DNA of 51,005 bases, taken from contig OMIH01000083.1 in the NCBI GenBank assembly GCA_900299045.1, positions 1 to 51,005 on the forward strand, given 5' to 3'. Of this stretch, positions 1 through 11,896 are shown piece after piece. The notes below the pieces were generated by a model. It was not told the origin of the DNA and ran no database searches. It saw only the letters and a list, made by a program, of their open reading frames with translations. Each line of letters opens with the position of its first letter. Positions within the stretch are counted from its first letter, which is position 1. This DNA comes from Methylococcaceae bacterium. Lineage in GTDB: Bacteria; Pseudomonadota; Gammaproteobacteria; Methylococcales; Methylomonadaceae. A program made the position numbers and the translations under genes.

Positions 1-515
1 AACGTCGTCGCTTCTTTAGTGGCTTATTCATATCAAGAAAAGAAACCTTCCTTAAACATTCGCCGCCAAGATTTATTCATCTAACCATCATCTCTTTATT
101 CTTACCTCGAACTCAGGTTAAATAGCCAAAATATGAAACAAGTAGAATTTTAAAAATCTGAATCTAAAATTTTTTTTGATGTTAGCTCGCAAATCCACGT
201 CTCAATACGCAAAATGATGCCGCGTGGTCTTTGAGCATCAAAATACTCAGCTGCGCTGATGCAATGTCTTTTAGCGCTGCACATTTCAACCACGCAATAC
301 TTGCTGAACCATTTCCTGCAACTGTTCATGCGTAAAAGGTTTTTGCAATATCCCTTTTACGCCTAACATTTCAGCCGAATCTAAATTGAAACACGAAAAA
401 GTAATAAATTAAAGAATGGCTTTTATTTCATGAATGCGGAAGGTAGCGTCTTAATCGGCATTGAACTTGAATTCAGTAACGAGAAAATAAGCAGACTTGA
501 ACTAAAAAGGAACTG

Positions 516-591
516 TGGTGCCCGGGGGCGGAATCGAACCGTCGACACAAGGATTTTCAATCCTTTGCTCTACCAACTGAGCTACCCGGGC
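516..591 (-). tRNA. tRNA-Phe (anticodon GAA)
   Basis: Reverse complement reads GCCCGGGTAGCTCAGTTGGTAGAGCAAAGGATTGAAAATCCTTGTGTCGACGGTTCGATTCCGCCCCCGGGCACCA. It has a 7-bp acceptor stem, a canonical D arm, anticodon loop TTGAAAA (GAA), T loop TTCGATT and an encoded CCA. There is one A-C mismatch in the T stem. The layout matches E. coli tRNA-Phe. Confidence 0.93.
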
Positions 592-615
592 TTTTTTGAT
601 GCGCTAAAAACCGCT

Positions 616-644
616 ATTAGACTTGATTTTCTTCTTCTCGTCAA
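616..644 (-). promoter_or_regulatory. candidate sigma70 promoter for tRNA-Phe
   Basis: On the minus strand: TTGACG (644..639), 17-nt spacer, TCTAAT (621..616), about 24 nt upstream of the mature tRNA 5' end. Motif match only. Confidence 0.3.
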
Positions 645-728
645 TCACTAATATCATATTTACCTGCACCCATAAGGTAAATAAAGTAAAATTACGCGTT
701 TTACACTGCTGAAATTCATTTATAGTTT

Positions 729-1178
729 ATGGTTTGGAAACCCCACGTCACTGTTGCTGCGATTATTGAGCGTGAGCAACGTTTTTTAATGGTTGAAGAA
801 TTTACACCGCATGGCTTGCAATTCAATCAACCAGCAGGGCATTTAGAAGAGCATGAAGATTTGCTCAATGCCGTCAAGCGCGAAGTGTGCGAGGAAACCG
901 CATGGCAATTCACGCCTAAATATATTACGTCTGTGCAGTTGTGGCGCCGTAATCCGCAAAGCTTGACCTTTGTTCGTTTCTGTTTTTCGGGGGACTGTTT
1001 TGATTACAATCCAACACAAACCTTAGACGATGGTATTATTGCAACACATTGGTTAACACGCGACGAGATTGCGACAAAACCGCTACGCAGTCCGTTAGTT
1101 TTAAGCTCGGTGGACGACTATTTAACAGGTCAACGCTACCCTTTAACGCTTTTAAAATCGTTTCTTGATTATGCCTAA
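729..1178 (+). CDS. nudJ: NUDIX hydrolase, NudJ-like
   Basis: Nudix box [22 protein letters not shown]. The blocks [21 protein letters not shown] and GQRYPL are as I recall for E. coli NudJ (YmfB). It sits immediately upstream of mnmA, as in E. coli. Confidence 0.85.
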   Translation: MVWKPHVTVAAIIEREQRFLMVEEFTPHGLQFNQPAGHLEEHEDLLNAVKREVCEETAWQFTPKYITSVQLWRRNPQSLTFVRFCFSGDCFDYNPTQTLDDGIIATHWLTRDEIATKPLRSPLVLSSVDDYLTGQRYPLTLLKSFLDYA

Positions 1179-2262
1179 AAATATTATTGTTGGAATGTCT
1201 GGGGGCGTTGATTCGTCAGTCACTGCGCTTATGTTGCTTGAACAAGGTCACAACGTCACTGGTTTATTTATGAAAAACTGGGAAGAAGATGATGGCACTG
1301 AGTATTGCACCGCCATGCAAGACTTAGCCGATGCGCAGCAAGTGTGCGACACGCTAGGCATTGAACTGCGAACCGCCAATTTTTCCGCTGAATATTGGAA
1401 CGAGGTATTTGAAGTCTTTTTATCTGAATTTAAAGCCGCTCGAACACCTAATCCCGACATTTTATGCAATAAACACGTTAAATTTAAAGCATTTTTGCAT
1501 CATGCGATTGACGATTTAGGGGCTGATTTTATCGCCACGGGGCATTATGCGCGAGTTCGTGAGCAAAATGGCGAATTTCAGCTTTTAAAAGGTTTAGATC
1601 CCAATAAAGAGCAAAGCTATTTTTTATATACACTAGGGCAAAAGCCGCTTTCACGCACGCTTTTTCCAATTGGGCATTTGCATAAACCTGAAATTCGAGC
1701 CATGGCGCAGCGTGCCGGCTTTGCTAATGCAAAGAAAAAAGACAGCACCGGCATTTGTTTTATTGGTGAGCGCAAATTTACCGATTTTCTCAAACGCTAT
1801 TTACCCACGCAAGCAGGTGAAATGCGCACTCCAGAAGGTAAATACATTGCACAGCATCATGGTCTTATGTACTACACACTCGGTCAACGCCAAGGTCTTG
1901 GCATTGGTGGGGTCAAAGATGCGCCTGATGAACCGTGGTATGTACTCGGCAAAGATGTGCCTAATAATATTTTAATTGTTGGACAAGGTCATAATCATCC
2001 ACTGATGCTCCATAATTCATTGATCGCAGAGCAACTCGATTGGTGTAGTAATCAGCCGCTAAACCAAACGCGGCATTGCAAAGCAAAAACACGCTATCGC
2101 CAAGAAGATCAAGAATGTATTGTCACACCGTTAGACAACGAACGCTGTGAAGTGCTGTTTTCTCAACCGCAACGCGCCATTACTGAAGGACAATCGATTG
2201 TTTTTTACCAAAATGAGGTGTGTTTAGGCGGTGGTATTATTGATTCTAAAGCGAATGTGTAA
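1171..2262 (+). CDS. mnmA: tRNA-specific 2-thiouridylase MnmA
   Basis: PP-loop [12 protein letters not shown] and conserved family blocks ([17 protein letters not shown]). ATG at 1171 chosen over the in-frame TTG at 1165. It overlaps the nudJ stop. Confidence 0.95.
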   Translation: MPKNIIVGMSGGVDSSVTALMLLEQGHNVTGLFMKNWEEDDGTEYCTAMQDLADAQQVCDTLGIELRTANFSAEYWNEVFEVFLSEFKAARTPNPDILCNKHVKFKAFLHHAIDDLGADFIATGHYARVREQNGEFQLLKGLDPNKEQSYFLYTLGQKPLSRTLFPIGHLHKPEIRAMAQRAGFANAKKKDSTGICFIGERKFTDFLKRYLPTQAGEMRTPEGKYIAQHHGLMYYTLGQRQGLGIGGVKDAPDEPWYVLGKDVPNNILIVGQGHNHPLMLHNSLIAEQLDWCSNQPLNQTRHCKAKTRYRQEDQECIVTPLDNERCEVLFSQPQRAITEGQSIVFYQNEVCLGGGIIDSKANV

Positions 2263-3126
2263 ATGAAAAACGATTCACGCACAAAAAAAATTAAAGCACT
2301 TTTCAGTCAATTAGCACTCTATAAATACGATGGTGTGCTAATTCATCAAGAACACGACAACGAAGGTGCCATCGAAGTGGTGGAAGTGGACGGTGTTCGC
2401 TCGCTGCATTTTGGAACAGTACCTCGTCAAAGTAGTATGCTAATTAGCGACCCAAATCGACTGTATTTAGAATATGCTCGCACCATGAGTAGTTGGCTCC
2501 TGTTTAAAGAAACGCTCAATCATCAAGAAGCGCTGTTAATTGGACTTGGTGGTGGATCCATTGCAAAACATTTGCTCTACCAATTTCCCGATTGCAAAGT
2601 CAATGTCGTGGAATACCGCAAAAGTGTCTTAAAAGTAGCACGAATGCACTTTGGACTGCCTATTGATTCACGTTTAAATGTTGTCATTGATGATGGCGCA
2701 CATTACGTTAAAAAAAATCAAGAAAACGATGCCAAACGCTACAGTCTACTTATCATCGATGCCTTTGATCATGAAGGCATGGCCGAGGCAATCTGCAACA
2801 TCGAATTTTTTACGCATTGTCAAACTTTGCTCAAACCGGATGGTATTTTAGCAATCAATTTATGGGGAGGCGTGCATCGCCCTCAATTTCAGCAGATTGC
2901 ACTCTGGCTTGGAAAATTGTTTAATTGGAAATTGCTGTTTGTCCCCGTCAAAGGTCGCGGTAATATTATCGGCTTGGCATTTAACGCCAAAACACCGGTT
3001 TACTCACTTAAAGATTTACGCACTCGCGCAATTGTTTTGGAACATTTACACCAAATTGAATACACTTATTATTTAAAAGACCTCGTCAAGCATAACGCGA
3101 GTGTACTTAAAAATGTTATTTATTAA
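2263..3126 (+). CDS. spermidine-synthase-fold (SpeE-like) SAM/dcSAM-dependent transferase, paralog 1
   Basis: Rossmann glycine loop LLIGLGGGSIAKHL, acidic EYR, VIDDGAHY and IIDAFDHEG, with spacing as in the spermidine synthase family. The ATG directly follows the mnmA TAA. Confidence 0.7.
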   Translation: MKNDSRTKKIKALFSQLALYKYDGVLIHQEHDNEGAIEVVEVDGVRSLHFGTVPRQSSMLISDPNRLYLEYARTMSSWLLFKETLNHQEALLIGLGGGSIAKHLLYQFPDCKVNVVEYRKSVLKVARMHFGLPIDSRLNVVIDDGAHYVKKNQENDAKRYSLLIIDAFDHEGMAEAICNIEFFTHCQTLLKPDGILAINLWGGVHRPQFQQIALWLGKLFNWKLLFVPVKGRGNIIGLAFNAKTPVYSLKDLRTRAIVLEHLHQIEYTYYLKDLVKHNASVLKNVIY

Positions 3127-3144
3127 CTTTTTCCACGCCTTTTT

Positions 3145-3939
3145 ATGACGACAACACCGATTTTTCAAACGCAAGATGCACTAGGAACCATTGAGGTCTA
3201 CGAGAAAAATGGGGTTCGTCATTTGAATTTTGGCTCGTTTGCCATGCAAAGTGCAGTTGAACGCATTCATACAAATCGACTGTATTTTGCCTATACACAA
3301 ACAATGATGGGTGCCTTGCTGTTTCAAGACATGGCGGAGGACGATATTTTATTGATGGGACTTGGCGGTGGCTCGGTCGCCAAATATTTTTTTGATCATT
3401 TTCCACAATGTCGCATTGAAGCTATTGAATACCGTCAAGCCGTTGCGCAGATTGCTCACGATTATTTTGATTTGCCCTATAGTCCGCGTTTAAATATCGT
3501 TATCGATGACGCTGCGCATTATGCGCGTGAGCGATGCGTTATGCAGCGTGAATTTTATCGATTCATCATGCTCGATTTATTCGATTCAGAAGGAATTTCG
3601 CCTTCGTTATTTAACGAAACTTTTTTGACACAATGCCAAGCTATGCTTAAAAAAGACGGTATATTGGTTGTCAATTTATGGAATAACAAAGCGCAGTTTG
3701 AGGAACTTTTTGCATGGCTTGGTCGCTTATTTCAAGCAAAATTGCTCTTTTTACCTGTCCATGGCATGGTAAATATGATTGGATTCTTCTTCCACGAAAA
3801 TACACCGATTTATTCACGCAAAGCGTTGCAAAAACGAGCTGTTCAATTAGAAAAAAAATATCAGCTCCCTTTTAAACGCTATTTAAAAGAGTTTATTGCG
3901 TACAATCCTAATTTTATCGACAACGTCACGAGCGCTTAA
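3145..3939 (+). CDS. spermidine-synthase-fold (SpeE-like) transferase, paralog 2
   Basis: Aligns over its full length with the preceding ORF (LLMGLGGGSVAKYF, IEYR, VIDDAAHY, MLDLFDSEG, DGILVVNLW, KLLFLPV). Confidence 0.7.
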   Translation: MTTTPIFQTQDALGTIEVYEKNGVRHLNFGSFAMQSAVERIHTNRLYFAYTQTMMGALLFQDMAEDDILLMGLGGGSVAKYFFDHFPQCRIEAIEYRQAVAQIAHDYFDLPYSPRLNIVIDDAAHYARERCVMQREFYRFIMLDLFDSEGISPSLFNETFLTQCQAMLKKDGILVVNLWNNKAQFEELFAWLGRLFQAKLLFLPVHGMVNMIGFFFHENTPIYSRKALQKRAVQLEKKYQLPFKRYLKEFIAYNPNFIDNVTSA

Positions 3940-6096
3940 ATGTCCACTTCTTCAAATACCCCCCCCAATCTCAACAGTTATCGCAAATATTGGGCGCAAC
4001 GATTTGGCGTTGCAACGCAGCTGCCGATGAGTCGCGCTGAGATGGACGAACTGGGGTGGGATAGCTGCGATATTATTATTGTTAGCGGTGATGCGTATGT
4101 GGATCATCCCAGTTTTGGTATGGCGTTGATTGGTCGGGTACTTGAAGCACAAGGCTTTCGCGTTGGCATGATTGCGCAACCTAATTGGATGAGTGCAAAC
4201 GATTTTCAACAACTCGGTCGCCCAAATTTATTTTTTGGGATTACCGGTGGCAACATGGATTCGATGGTCAATCGCTATACCTCAGATAAAAAAATTCGCT
4301 CAAACGATGCGTACACACCCAATGGTGAAGGCGGTAAACGCCCTGACCGTGCTGTGTCTGTTTATTCTCATCGTTGCCGCGAAGCGTTCAAAGACGTGCC
4401 TATTATTATTGGTGGAATTGAAGCGAGTTTGCGCCGTATCGCCCATTATGATTATTGGTCAGATACCGTCAAAAAATCTGTTTTAATGGACGCAAAAGCC
4501 GATTTACTGCTATTTGGCAACGCAGAACGCGCTATTGTCGAGGTTGCGCACCGTCTGGCGAAAGGTGAAAAAATTCAAGATATTCAATTTGTGCGAGGCA
4601 CCGCCCATTTTGTCAAAGCGATTCCTGCTGAGTTTGCGGTCAAAGATTCGACTGAATTCGACAAACCCGGTGCTACCGCGCCACCAGTCAATCCCTATCA
4701 AGAAGAGCCGCCTTGTGATGTGTCGCAAAAGGCAGAAAATGCGAATGAAACACCTATTGCGCCGGTTATTCAACACATTAAAACGCTACGTGAAAAAACA
4801 GCCATTCGCTTGCCAGCGTATGATGTCGTGAAAAATGATCCCATTTTTTACGCGCATGCTTCGCGCGTCATGCACGGGGAAACCAATCCGTATAATGCGC
4901 GACCACTCATTCAAAAACACGGTGATCGTGAAATCTGGATAAACCCTCCACCGCTGCCACTGGCGATGGCTGAAATGGACAGTGTGTTTGATTTACCTTA
5001 TTCGCGTCTTCCACATAAACGCTACGGCAACGCCAATATTCCAGCTTTTGAGATGATTCAACATTCGGTAAATATTATGCGAGGCTGTTTTGGTGGATGC
5101 AGTTTTTGCTCTATTACCGAGCATGAGGGTCGTATTATTCAAAGTCGCTCTGAAGACTCGATTATTCAAGAAATTGAAGCGATTCGTGATACATCGCCAT
5201 CATTTACAGGACATATTTCAGATTTAGGGGGGCCTACGGCAAATATGTATCGCCTTGCGTGTAAAGATAAAACCATTGAAACCGCTTGCCGAAAATTGTC
5301 TTGCGTGTATCCGAGTATTTGCCCAAATCTGAATACAGATCATTCATCGCTAATTAAACTTTATCGTCGTGCACGCGGTTTAAAAGGCATTAAAAAAATC
5401 TTCATTGCCTCTGGTTTGCGTTATGACCTAGCCGTTGAATCACCCGAATATGTAAAAGAATTAGTCACCCATCACGTTGGCGGTTACTTGAAAATTGCGC
5501 CTGAGCATACCGAAAAAAATGTACTCAGTCGCATGATGAAACCGGGTATGGGAACGTATGACCGTTTCAAAGCCATGTTTGATCAATACTCTAAAGAAGC
5601 CGGTAAGGAACAATATTTAATTCCCTATTTTATTGCCGCGCATCCTGGAACAACAGATAACGATATGCTCGAACTCGCACTTTGGCTCAAGCGCCATAAT
5701 TTCCGAGCAGATCAAGTACAGGCGTTTTTGCCCTCCCCCATGTCAATTGCTACCGCTATGTATCACTCAGGCAAGGACACGCTCAAAAAAGTGAGTCGTC
5801 AAGCAGAAAACATCAGCATTCCCAAAAGTGTGAAACAACGCCGATTGCAAAAAGCCTTTTTGCGCTATCATGACCCTAAAAATTGGCCACTGCTTCGTGA
5901 GGCCTTAAAATCAATGGGGCGTTCAGATTTGATTGGAAACGGTAAAGCGCACCTCATTCCTCTCTTTCAACCGAAAGGAACGCTTGATACACCGAAAAAA
6001 ACACAACCGTTTAAAACAAAACACACCGGATTTGGGAAAAATAAATTAGGAAATTCATCGTCGCGCCCACCTAAAGCCAAAAGCCGAGCACGTTAA
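3940..6096 (+). CDS. ygiQ: YgiQ-family (UPF0313) radical SAM protein
   Basis: The N-terminal region closely follows my recollection of E. coli YgiQ ([35 protein letters not shown]..., [14 protein letters not shown]). CX3CX2C motif CFGGCSFC at 5086..5109. Basic K/R-rich C-terminal tail. Confidence 0.88.
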   Translation: MSTSSNTPPNLNSYRKYWAQRFGVATQLPMSRAEMDELGWDSCDIIIVSGDAYVDHPSFGMALIGRVLEAQGFRVGMIAQPNWMSANDFQQLGRPNLFFGITGGNMDSMVNRYTSDKKIRSNDAYTPNGEGGKRPDRAVSVYSHRCREAFKDVPIIIGGIEASLRRIAHYDYWSDTVKKSVLMDAKADLLLFGNAERAIVEVAHRLAKGEKIQDIQFVRGTAHFVKAIPAEFAVKDSTEFDKPGATAPPVNPYQEEPPCDVSQKAENANETPIAPVIQHIKTLREKTAIRLPAYDVVKNDPIFYAHASRVMHGETNPYNARPLIQKHGDREIWINPPPLPLAMAEMDSVFDLPYSRLPHKRYGNANIPAFEMIQHSVNIMRGCFGGCSFCSITEHEGRIIQSRSEDSIIQEIEAIRDTSPSFTGHISDLGGPTANMYRLACKDKTIETACRKLSCVYPSICPNLNTDHSSLIKLYRRARGLKGIKKIFIASGLRYDLAVESPEYVKELVTHHVGGYLKIAPEHTEKNVLSRMMKPGMGTYDRFKAMFDQYSKEAGKEQYLIPYFIAAHPGTTDNDMLELALWLKRHNFRADQVQAFLPSPMSIATAMYHSGKDTLKKVSRQAENISIPKSVKQRRLQKAFLRYHDPKNWPLLREALKSMGRSDLIGNGKAHLIPLFQPKGTLDTPKKTQPFKTKHTGFGKNKLGNSSSRPPKAKSRAR

Positions 6097-6125
6097 TTTT
6101 TAATTCGATTTTATATTTGTTAATC

Positions 6126-9059
6126 ATGCGCCTTTCACGATTCAAAATCAGCCTGTTTGTCTATAGCACGTTATTGTCGTGCAACGTTTTCGCCAATGAA
6201 TCCGTGAATTTACAACTTCGGTGGCATCATCAATTTCAATTTGCTGGTTATTATGCCGCACTTGAAAAAGGCTATTATGCAAACGCTGGACTCGATGTTT
6301 CTATTACCGAAGGCTCCCCTGAACACGATGTCTTAAATGAGGTACTCGAGCAACGTGCGCAATATGGTGTTACCAATAGTGATCTACTCTATAAACGCCT
6401 ACAAGGCGCACCTTTGGTTGCGCTTGCGGCTATTTTTCAGCATTCACCTTCCGTTTTGCTCACGCATAAAACCATTTCATCGCCTAGTGATTTAATTGGT
6501 AAACGTATCATGATGGTTGAGAAAAAAGGCGATGCCGATTTCCTCGCCATGTTTCTAAACGAAGGTATTAATAAAGACTCTATTATCTTGCAACCCATGA
6601 GTTTTGATTTACACGATTTCATTAGTGGCAAAACGGATGCGTTTCATTCTTATTTAACTGACCAGCCTTACTATCTAAAACAACATGGGATTTCGTACAA
6701 TATTATCAACCCGCGCCATTACGGTGTGGATTTTTATGGCGATATTTTATTTACCACCGAAGATGAGATTAAATATCATGCCGAGCGCGTAAAAGCGTTT
6801 AGACAGGCAAGTATTGCTGGTTGGAATTATGCGCTTGCACATCCTAATGAAATCATTGAGTTACTCATCAATAAGTACCATGTTGAAAAATCGCGTGGGC
6901 ATTTAGAATTTGAAGCAGAAGCGATGCGCCCTTTAATTGTGCCTGATTTAATTGAAATTGGTCACATGAATCCTGCTCGCTGGCAAGCTATGGCGGACAC
7001 ATTTACTAAAGTGGGCATGATTGACAACGCGGTCATTGATGAACGCTTACGCGATTTCATCTATGACTCGGATATTAAATTCGATAAAGAAAAACTCAAT
7101 GATTATTTGAGCATCGCCGTTGTCGTCGTCCTGTTTGCCAGTTTTATCTTTCTCTTATTGCTCATTGCTTATAAATCCGTACGTCGTGAAAATTCACGAA
7201 GACGAAAACTGGCGCGTGTATTACTGCGTCAAAGTAATGATTTAGCCTTGCATAACCAAATTTTAAAAGCGATGGGAAGTAACACCATGAGCTTTCAAAA
7301 ATTGCAAAGCTTACTCAGCGACTTACTCATTGGTATTGAAGCGCAATATCCGTCCCTTATTTGCTCTGTTTTATTGCTTGATAACGCGACAGGTAAATTG
7401 TCGCTAGGCGCTGCGCCCAGTTTGCCTGAATTTTATAACAAGGCTATAGAAGGTATAGTTATTGGCGACAGTGTAGGTTCATGCAGTAGCGTAGCGTTTC
7501 GTGGTGAACAGGTCATCGTAGAAGACGTACAAGTGCATCCTGATTGGCAAGCCTTTAGCGAATTAACGCAACTTGCCAATATACGTTCATGTTGGTCGCA
7601 ACCTATTAAAAATAGCCATGATCAAGTGCTCGGCACGTTTGCTGTTTATCGACGTTATGTGAGTCAGCCGCAATCTGCTGAATTGCTCTTGATTGAACAA
7701 TATGCCAATTTAGTTATGCTCATGATTGAGCGTTATCGCTCAGATACTAAAATTCAAAAACTCGCCTTTTACGATCCGCTCACCGACTTACCTAATCGAC
7801 GATTGCTCTACGATAGACTCTGTCAAGGTATTGAACAAGGACGTCGTGAAAATAAACGCATGGCGCTGTTGATGATGGATTTAGATAGATTTAAAGCCGT
7901 GAATGATAACTTGGGGCATGCCGCTGGAGATGAGTTGCTTATACAGGTGGCAAGACGGATTCAAAATCGTTTGCGTGAAACCGACACCGTTGCACGACTT
8001 GGTGGAGATGAATTTATTGTATTACTTCGTGATATTAGCCAAGTTGATGATGCGGCGCGTGTTGCTGAAATGATTGTGTCTGATTTGAGTTTACCCTTTG
8101 TACTCACGCAAGGTGATGATGTGCAAATTGGGGCGAGTATTGGCATTAGCTTATATCCCGAACATGGTCAAAATCCCGAATTGTTAATTGACCATGCCGA
8201 TACCGCGCTTTATCATGCAAAAGACGCGGGGCGAGGCTGTTTTGCGTATTTTTCTGAACAGTTAACTCGCGCAGTGCGTGAGCGTATTGAGCTTGAAAAT
8301 CGCCTACGTCGCGCCATTGAAAATCAAGAATTACGTTTATACTATCAAGCGCAAGTTGATATTTTAACGGGCGACATTATTGGAGCAGAAGCCTTGGTAC
8401 GTTGGCTTGATCCCGATAAAGGCTTAATTTTACCTAACGATTTTATTCCATTAGCCGAAGAAACGGGGTTGATTGAAAAAATTGGCGAATGGGTGGTTTA
8501 TGAAGCTTGCTATCAAGGCAAAAAATGGTTAGATAAGGGGGTTACAAATTTAACCTTAGCGGTTAATGTATCGCCAGTACAATTTCGACGCACTGATTTA
8601 AATAAATTAGTCATGACGGCTTTGCAACGTAGCGGTTTTCCACCATCTTGTTTAGAACTTGAGCTAACTGAGAGTGGACTCATGGAAAATCAAGAAAAAG
8701 TCATTAGTATTCTCACCAGTTTACAAGAACAAGGTGTTAAACTCGCTATTGATGATTTTGGAACAGGCTATTCTTCGCTGGCTTATTTGAAATGTTTTCC
8801 CGTGAATGCGCTTAAAATTGATAAACGTTTTATCCTCGACATTCCCGAACTCAAAGATGATATGGAAATTACAGCCACTATTATTGCAATGGGTAAAATT
8901 TTAGGATTTAAAGTACTCGCTGAAGGCGTTGAAACACAAGCACAACTCGATTTTTTGAAAGAAAAAGGCTGTAATGTGTACCAAGGATATATCAAAAGTA
9001 AACCTTTACCCGCTGATGAGTTCTTAAAACTATTACGCGAAAATAACAACAACGATTAA
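6126..9059 (+). CDS. sensor diguanylate cyclase/phosphodiesterase (periplasmic NMT1/SBP-like domain, TM, GAF, GGDEF, EAL)
   Basis: Signal/TM at the N-terminus and an SBP-like block ([13 protein letters not shown]). A second TM ([18 protein letters not shown]) is followed by a GAF-like region. GGDEF (RLGGDEFIV) and EAL (EALVRW ... DDFGTGYSS) motifs are both intact. ATG 6126 preferred over TTG 6117. Confidence 0.85.
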   Translation: MRLSRFKISLFVYSTLLSCNVFANESVNLQLRWHHQFQFAGYYAALEKGYYANAGLDVSITEGSPEHDVLNEVLEQRAQYGVTNSDLLYKRLQGAPLVALAAIFQHSPSVLLTHKTISSPSDLIGKRIMMVEKKGDADFLAMFLNEGINKDSIILQPMSFDLHDFISGKTDAFHSYLTDQPYYLKQHGISYNIINPRHYGVDFYGDILFTTEDEIKYHAERVKAFRQASIAGWNYALAHPNEIIELLINKYHVEKSRGHLEFEAEAMRPLIVPDLIEIGHMNPARWQAMADTFTKVGMIDNAVIDERLRDFIYDSDIKFDKEKLNDYLSIAVVVVLFASFIFLLLLIAYKSVRRENSRRRKLARVLLRQSNDLALHNQILKAMGSNTMSFQKLQSLLSDLLIGIEAQYPSLICSVLLLDNATGKLSLGAAPSLPEFYNKAIEGIVIGDSVGSCSSVAFRGEQVIVEDVQVHPDWQAFSELTQLANIRSCWSQPIKNSHDQVLGTFAVYRRYVSQPQSAELLLIEQYANLVMLMIERYRSDTKIQKLAFYDPLTDLPNRRLLYDRLCQGIEQGRRENKRMALLMMDLDRFKAVNDNLGHAAGDELLIQVARRIQNRLRETDTVARLGGDEFIVLLRDISQVDDAARVAEMIVSDLSLPFVLTQGDDVQIGASIGISLYPEHGQNPELLIDHADTALYHAKDAGRGCFAYFSEQLTRAVRERIELENRLRRAIENQELRLYYQAQVDILTGDIIGAEALVRWLDPDKGLILPNDFIPLAEETGLIEKIGEWVVYEACYQGKKWLDKGVTNLTLAVNVSPVQFRRTDLNKLVMTALQRSGFPPSCLELELTESGLMENQEKVISILTSLQEQGVKLAIDDFGTGYSSLAYLKCFPVNALKIDKRFILDIPELKDDMEITATIIAMGKILGFKVLAEGVETQAQLDFLKEKGCNVYQGYIKSKPLPADEFLKLLRENNNND

Positions 9060-9100
9060 AAATTAAAAAAATATTTCTCTTAAATTTGGATGACACACTA

Positions 9101-11896
9101 ATGACTGTCGATTATAAAAAAACGCTCAATTTACCTAGCACAGGTTTTGCGATGAAAGGTAACTTAGCGCAACGTGAGCCCGAACAACTCAAAAAATGGC
9201 AATCTGCTGAACTCTACCACGCTATTCGCAGAGAAAAGAAAGGTCGCCCTGTTTTTGTCCTGCATGATGGTCCGCCGTATGCGAATGGGGAAATACACAT
9301 TGGTCACGCGGTCAATAAAGTATTAAAAGATTTTATTGTAAAATCCAAATCTCTCAGTGGTTTTGATGCACCTTATGTTCCAGGTTGGGATTGCCATGGA
9401 TTGCCTATTGAATTGCAAGTTGAGAAAAAAATTGGCAAAGCAGGTGTCAAAGTATCCCCCGCTGTATTTCGTAATGCGTGTCGTGAGTACGCAGCCAAGC
9501 AAGTTGATATTCAAAAAGACGCTTTTATGCGCCTTGGTATTTTAGGTGATTGGGAAAATCCTTATCTGACTATGGATTTCCAATTTGAAGCGGATATCGT
9601 TCGCTCACTAGGCAAAATTGCGCATAACACGCATATTACCAAAGGAGCAAAACCGGTTCATTGGTGTATTGATTGTGGCTCTGCACTCGCTGAGGCAGAA
9701 GTAGAATACGAAGACAAACATTCACACGCAATTGATGTACGTTTTGCTGCCGTTGATAGCGCAGAGTTTTTATTGTGCTTTGGCTCGTCTGCTGGTGGTC
9801 ACGGTCGAATTTCGGTTGTTATTTGGACAACAACCCCTTGGACACTCCCCGCCAATCAAGCCGTTGCCCTTCATCCAGAATTGGAATACGTTTTAATTCA
9901 ATACCATGACGAACGTCTTGTTATTGCCAAAGAGTTACTCGAAACAGCACTGCATCGCTATGGCAATCCTGAATACACCGTTTTGGCCAGTTGCCCAGGT
10001 TCAGCGCTAGAGCATCAACAACTGCAACACCCATTCTATCATCGTCAAGTGCCCATTATTCTTGGCGATCACGTTACCACAGACGCTGGAACAGGTGCCG
10101 TTCATACAGCACCGGCACACGGTCAAGAAGATTATGTCGTGGGTCGCGTTTATGATTTGCCTGTCGATTGCCCTGTGGGTAGTGATGGTGTCTTTTTACC
10201 TAACGTGGAGATTTTTGCAGGGCAACACGTTTCAAAGGTTAATGAACAGGTGCTTGAAGAACTGCACACGCGTGGTTGTTTAGTCCATCAACAAACCTTG
10301 CTACACAGTTACCCCCATTGCTGGCGTCACCATACACCGATTATTTTCCGTGCGACACCACAATGGTTTATTTCAATGAACCAAAATCAGTTGCGCAAAC
10401 AAGCGTTAGCCGAAGTCAAAAAAGTGACTTGGTTGCCAGAATGGGGACAAGCACGCATTGAAAGTATGCTGGAAAATCGTCCAGATTGGTGTATTTCACG
10501 TCAGCGGACGTGGGGCGTGCCGATTGCGTTTTTTGTCCATAAAGAAACTGGTGAATTGCATCCACGCACCGACGCATTGATTGAAGAAGTCGCACAACGC
10601 ATTGAGAAGGCGGGTGTTGATGCGTGGTTTGAGCTAGACGCTGCTGAGTTACTCGGCAGTGATGCCGCTCATTATGACAAAATGAGCGATACGCTTGATG
10701 TGTGGTTTGATTCGGGTGTCACGCACGCGGGCGTATTAGCGCGACGTGAACAACTTCATTTCCCCGCTGATTTATATTTGGAAGGCTCAGATCAGCATCG
10801 TGGCTGGTTCCAATCCTCATTACTCGCCTCAGTTGCTATGAACGGCGTGGCTCCGTATAAAACCGTTTTAACACACGGTTTTACAGTGGATGCGAAAGGC
10901 GAAAAAATGTCTAAATCCAAAGGCAATGTGATTCCACCACAATCTGTCATGAAAAATTTAGGCGCGGACGTGCTACGGTTATCGATTGCATCAACGGATT
11001 ACCGTGGTGAAATGCGTGTATCTGATGAAATTTTAGAGCGCACATCAGACGGTTATCGTCGCCTACGCAATACAGCGCGTTTTTTACTATCGAACTTGTA
11101 TGATTTTACACCAACTAACCATTTAGTGCCGGTTGAACAATTATTACCCCTTGATCGCTGGGTTATTGATCGTGCTTTCACCCTACAAGAAGAAATTAAA
11201 GCCGCGTATGAAAGTTATCAATTCCAAACGATTTCCCAGAAAATACATCATTTCTGTGCAATTGATTTAGGGAGTTTTTATTTAGATATTATTAAAGATC
11301 GCCAATATACCGCAAAAACCGATGGACACGCACGACGCTCAACGCAAAGCGCGATGTTCCACGTCCTCGAAGCGTTAGTGCGTTGGTTAGCACCGATTTT
11401 AAGTTATACCGCTGATGAAATTTGGCAGCATTTACCACATATCGAGCAACGTGAAGCCTCGGTATTTTTAGCCACTTGGTATGAAGGTTTAGAGCCGCTA
11501 GACGTGGATACCACGTTTAATCATAATTTTTGGCAAACGGTGATGACTATTCGTGCTGACGTGAGTCAAGCACTTGAACAGAGCCGAACCAACAAAGAAA
11601 TCGGCTCCTCGTTAGCCGCCGATGTCGCCATTGACTGTGATGAACCAACATTTACTAGTTTAGACAAATTAGGTGATGAATTACGTTTTGTGTTTATTAC
11701 CTCTGGTGCTACGCTGTCAAAAAACACGACACCAGCCGCGCCTCTCTCAATTCAAGTCACACCATCAACCGCCCCCAAATGCGTGCGTTGCTGGCATCAA
11801 CGCGCAGACGTAGGCGCTCACATCGAGCATCCCGAATTGTGTGGGCGCTGCGTTGAAAACATTGCAGGCGAAGGTGAGAAACGACTTTATGCCTAA
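9101..11896 (+). CDS. ileS: isoleucine--tRNA ligase
   Basis: HIGH motif (GEIHIGHA), KMSKS motif present verbatim, C-terminal Zn-binding cysteines (CVRCWH...CGRC). The N-terminus [11 protein letters not shown] matches the E. coli IleS start, so ATG 9101 is chosen. Confidence 0.97.
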   Translation: MTVDYKKTLNLPSTGFAMKGNLAQREPEQLKKWQSAELYHAIRREKKGRPVFVLHDGPPYANGEIHIGHAVNKVLKDFIVKSKSLSGFDAPYVPGWDCHGLPIELQVEKKIGKAGVKVSPAVFRNACREYAAKQVDIQKDAFMRLGILGDWENPYLTMDFQFEADIVRSLGKIAHNTHITKGAKPVHWCIDCGSALAEAEVEYEDKHSHAIDVRFAAVDSAEFLLCFGSSAGGHGRISVVIWTTTPWTLPANQAVALHPELEYVLIQYHDERLVIAKELLETALHRYGNPEYTVLASCPGSALEHQQLQHPFYHRQVPIILGDHVTTDAGTGAVHTAPAHGQEDYVVGRVYDLPVDCPVGSDGVFLPNVEIFAGQHVSKVNEQVLEELHTRGCLVHQQTLLHSYPHCWRHHTPIIFRATPQWFISMNQNQLRKQALAEVKKVTWLPEWGQARIESMLENRPDWCISRQRTWGVPIAFFVHKETGELHPRTDALIEEVAQRIEKAGVDAWFELDAAELLGSDAAHYDKMSDTLDVWFDSGVTHAGVLARREQLHFPADLYLEGSDQHRGWFQSSLLASVAMNGVAPYKTVLTHGFTVDAKGEKMSKSKGNVIPPQSVMKNLGADVLRLSIASTDYRGEMRVSDEILERTSDGYRRLRNTARFLLSNLYDFTPTNHLVPVEQLLPLDRWVIDRAFTLQEEIKAAYESYQFQTISQKIHHFCAIDLGSFYLDIIKDRQYTAKTDGHARRSTQSAMFHVLEALVRWLAPILSYTADEIWQHLPHIEQREASVFLATWYEGLEPLDVDTTFNHNFWQTVMTIRADVSQALEQSRTNKEIGSSLAADVAIDCDEPTFTSLDKLGDELRFVFITSGATLSKNTTPAAPLSIQVTPSTAPKCVRCWHQRADVGAHIEHPELCGRCVENIAGEGEKRLYA

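Noticed and set aside
1-31. Possible 5' end of a minus-strand gene (reverse complement ATGAATAAGCCACTAAAGAAGCGACGACGTT = MNKPLKKRRR) leaving the window
   Set aside because: Only 10 codons are visible. The nearest AAGGAAGG lies about 14 nt upstream, which is a long spacing. The evidence is too thin to call a CDS.
430-651. 73-aa + strand ORF in the track
   Set aside because: It runs straight through the tRNA-Phe gene on the opposite strand (516..591). It has no RBS or recognisable domain, so it is a spurious ORF.
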